Source: Candidatus Latescibacterota bacterium
GTDB taxonomy: Bacteria > Latescibacterota > CBDEFO01
Assembly: GCA_965248755.1 (NCBI GenBank)
Contig: OZ252149.1
Span: 1,920,001-1,984,000 of the forward strand
Direction of reading: 5' to 3'
DNA length: 64,000 bases
Positions within the stretch are counted from its first letter, which is position 1. Each line of letters begins with the position of its first letter. The translations under genes and the position numbers were made by a program. Shown here piece by piece: positions 61,384 through 64,000 of this stretch. The notes beneath the pieces are model-generated. The model did not search any database. It saw nothing but the letters and a program-made list of their open reading frames with translations, and was not told where the DNA came from.

Positions 61384-61480
61384 TCAATTGCCCTTTCCCT
61401 TAAACCTTCTTGCCTTCTGTTTAAACAGCCTTTTTAACTCCAATAATTCCTGATCATTGAATATCCTGAAATTACTTTGG
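61384..61480 (-). pseudogene. 3' end of a second MerR-HTH paralog, truncated by IS3
   Basis: QSNFRIFNDQELLELKRLFKQKARRFKGKGN*, homologous to about 50395-50485. Confidence 0.8.
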
Positions 61481-62773
61481 TGTAGTGTGCCCCAGGAAAG
61501 CGACACCAATTAAGCAACTTGGGGTAGCAGATAGAATTGTTTTCTTCACTCTTCCGGGGTCTTGTACCCCAGGGATGAATGAAGACGGTTCTTGTTGTAA
61601 TTATCGATCCACTGAGATATGACCTTCTCAGCCTGTTCAAAGGATACAAAATTGTGAAGCCAAACACACTCTTGCTTGAGGGTCCTGAAAAAACGCTCTA
61701 CAACACCGTTCCAATCAGCCTTGCTACCTGGAATGTATTCTTGACGGATCCCCTAATATTTGGTGCTTGCCAAATAGGCCCGAGCCAAAAAGATGGAACC
61801 ATTGTCAGAGCGCAAAGTGAGACCCTGGGGGACAGCCTCCTTGGAAGTGTATCGAGAGATCACGGCCCGATCCAGGGCATCTGTGGCCTCCAGTGCCCTC
61901 CCTCTTCGACTAAAACGATACCCAGGAACCTCCCGACTCCCGTTGTCCACTACCGCAATAAGAGGACACCAACCATCTTTTCCACAATAGATCTTGGTCA
62001 AGTCAGCCGACCAGAGACTGTCAGGACGATCCATCACAGAACGCTTCTGGGCAACCTGTGTCTCCTTTCTCCCGGGACGATTCCACAGCTTACACTAGCC
62101 ATCCCTTAAGCTTCATTATCCTATGAACCTTCTTGATGTTGACACATGCCCCTTCCTTGAAACGAAGATGCGCCCAAACCCGCCTGTGACCAAATGCCTC
62201 TTCTTGGTCGAGTATCCCTCAAATACGAAAAGCAAGCTGTTCATCTATCACAGGCTCTTTGACAGAAGAACTGACACCTCTATCCCTAAGCCTATACAGA
62301 GTCGAACGATGCAAACCCAAAGCCATAGCTACCACCTTGCGGAAATAGCCTCGACCCCAAAACCGTCCACTCAAGACAACCGCTTCGTTTTTTTTAGACG
62401 GGCTGCCCCCGGAGTATCTCCAACTGGAGCGTCAACTGCCCTACCTTGCGCTCCAACCGGCTGACCTCCCGCTCCTTCGGATCCTTGCGACCACGCCGAG
62501 ACTTCAGACTCTCCTGGCCTCCTTCTAAGAAACTATCACGCCAAGCATACGCCTGTGACTGGCTAATTCCATTCTTCCGACACACCTCTGATACATCCAC
62601 TCCACTTAAAAGAGCCAACACAACCTCTGCCTTACGGGTCGCCGTCCAGCGCTTACCATCTTTCACTTCGGGGCTTGACACTGTGACCTCCTTTCCCCGA
62701 TAGTATCACTAGGGGACAAGCCGCAAACCCCAATTTGCAAATTCTTTGTCGCTCTGTCAAGGGGAGCGGTATG
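61481..62773 (-). mobile_element. IS3-family element, decayed
   Basis: OrfA 62394-62681 (HTH); A-run near 62388-62395; OrfB WSADLT, RSDNGSIF with TAG at 61753; end tgtagtgtgcccaggaaagcgaca and a decayed counterpart near 62747-62773. Confidence 0.85.
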
Positions 62774-63217
62774 CTTGTTCATCACCAGCTAACCATAAAT
62801 GCCTTTCGGTCAACTGTATGGCATTGCGGCTAACGTCTTAAGATACCCACCTTGGCTCGCCAGAGTTGCCGGGAGGCGCAGCGCCTGTCGTCGAAGCCGG
62901 AGAGAACCTGGTGAGCTTCACCTGCGACGTTCGAGGGGACATCAATCCGCGAGCCTTTGTGACAGTAATCAGCCGGGGTGAGTCGCTATAGAAACTTCTT
63001 GAATATTCCCTTAACGTTCTGTGAAAAAGTTTTGGCATAGGTGGTCGCAGAGCCTTCACTCCCTGCACTGAGCCAGATGTGCGAAGCGTTTTCCAGGTGT
63101 CTGAGAAACTTTCTCACATAATCTGTCCTAATCATTCCTCTGTCTCAATCATTCCAAGGAGGCCTGCCCCCGATTGATTCTATCGGGAGGGTTGCTTGGC
63201 GTCGCTGGCATTGACAG

Positions 63218-63424
63218 TGCTGACCGTGAAGAAAGAATAGGTAAGAGGGTGAGATTCCCTCAGGATACACGATGAAGCAATGGGAGTCAATGACAGAGGC
63301 TCAAAGGACTCTGCGAAGGCACAAGTGGAAGAATGAGGGTCAGCAAAAGGTTGTATAGATCGGCACAGACACCTCAAATCGATCCTTGAATACTCAGCCC
63401 GTCAGAAATGACGGGCTTTCTTTG
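63218..63424 (+). ncRNA. Candidate structured ncRNA followed by a terminator (family not identified)
   Basis: tgctgacc/ggtcagca closes gaggg/ccctc, gagtc/gactc and tgc-GAAG-gca; then aag..gatcg/cgatc.ctt; terminator agcccgtca-GAAA-tgacgggct. Confidence 0.45.
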
Positions 63425-63501
63425 GGGTCATTTACAAGACTGCTCACTTTAACAGAAGTGGGCAGTCTTAGCAACATTAGTGGAGGTAGTGATATGATTG
63501 A

Positions 63502-63725
63502 CTATTCTTTTTTAAAGCCTGCGACAATCCATATTCCGAATAAATAAAGAATAAAACTCACAATTGGAACGCTAATGATTATACCGATTGCCCCTACTAT
63601 ATCGTATCGTGAGAAACTGCCTATTCCTTCGCATAAAACTTCGGCCACCAATGCGAGCACCCATAAGAGCACCCAAATAGCGGATAGAGAAATCAGTAAT
63701 CTCTGAATACCCTTTTCATATTCAT
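63502..63725 (-). pseudogene. Small two-TM membrane protein, start frameshifted
   Basis: YEKGIQRLLISLSAIWVLLW...FILYLFGIWIVAGFKKE*; the nearest ATG is out of frame. Confidence 0.35.
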
Positions 63726-63770
63726 ATTTGTATCCTTCTAATAATTCACCCCTTAATCGCTTACCAAACT

Positions 63771-63998
63771 TCAGTTTACAAGAATCTTGTCTAAACTCTC
63801 AACCTCCAGATCACTTGGTACTTCTATGTCCGCGCTGTAGTGTTTACGAGGATTATAATCAAAAGGAATAGTACTAGGGTACGATATTGATAAATTTGGA
63901 GGGAAGGTACAAAATAAGATAGGAGATGTCAATTGAAATCGGGCAGGTTTTGTCTCACAACAAAATATCACTCTTAATAAGAATGAATTCCTAAGTAG
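63771..63998 (-). CDS. Hypothetical protein, 5'-truncated by window
   Basis: Frame is open from the window end to TGA at 63771. Confidence 0.35.
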   Translation of the reverse strand, partial: LLRNSFLLRVIFCCETKPARFQLTSPILFCTFPPNLSISYPSTIPFDYNPRKHYSADIEVPSDLEVESLDKILVN

Positions 63999-64000
63999 GC

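Overview
Bacterial genomic window with no rRNA, tRNA or CRISPR array that I can see. An FlgD/T9SS-type C-terminal fragment, a DUF6785-like membrane protein and GHL10-like and PD40-repeat proteins suggest an uncultured FCB-type or Latescibacteria/Poribacteria-like organism; this assignment is inference. The 1-45 kb part is a patchwork of metabolic genes: GH127-like, TPR, atypical GH32, CoxM/S-like subunits without a large subunit, 2-hydroxyacid dehydrogenase, YyaL, nucleotide-sugar dehydrogenase, an AbiTii cassette, AceE-like E1, AKRs, SolA, isochorismatase-family amidase, GH113, a 2-oxoacid oxidoreductase operon with a GltD-like flavoprotein, CcmD, M24 peptidase, NTP transferase, MetE-II, ABC exporter, BioF, GH57 and MATE. 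The 45-64 kb part is a decaying mobile region with IS1595, IS256, two IS3 remnants, a tyrosine-recombinase fragment beside a perfect 11-6-11 site, and paralogous MerR-HTH ends. It carries an iron-acquisition island: an Rrf2-ferritin-like fusion regulator with a repeated candidate operator, FTR1-DUF2318-YHS, an FtsX-type ABC system, a DtxR pseudogene and a porin/FMN-bind/PepSY module. The most striking unannotated signal is a family of about 21-bp hairpins (CCCCGAT-N7-ATCGGGG, about 12 copies). They sit at the centre of short palindromes, nest inside one another and inside other repeats, and one is inserted precisely in frame in an ABC-transporter gene. Two candidate structured non-coding elements lie at 62.8-63.4 kb.
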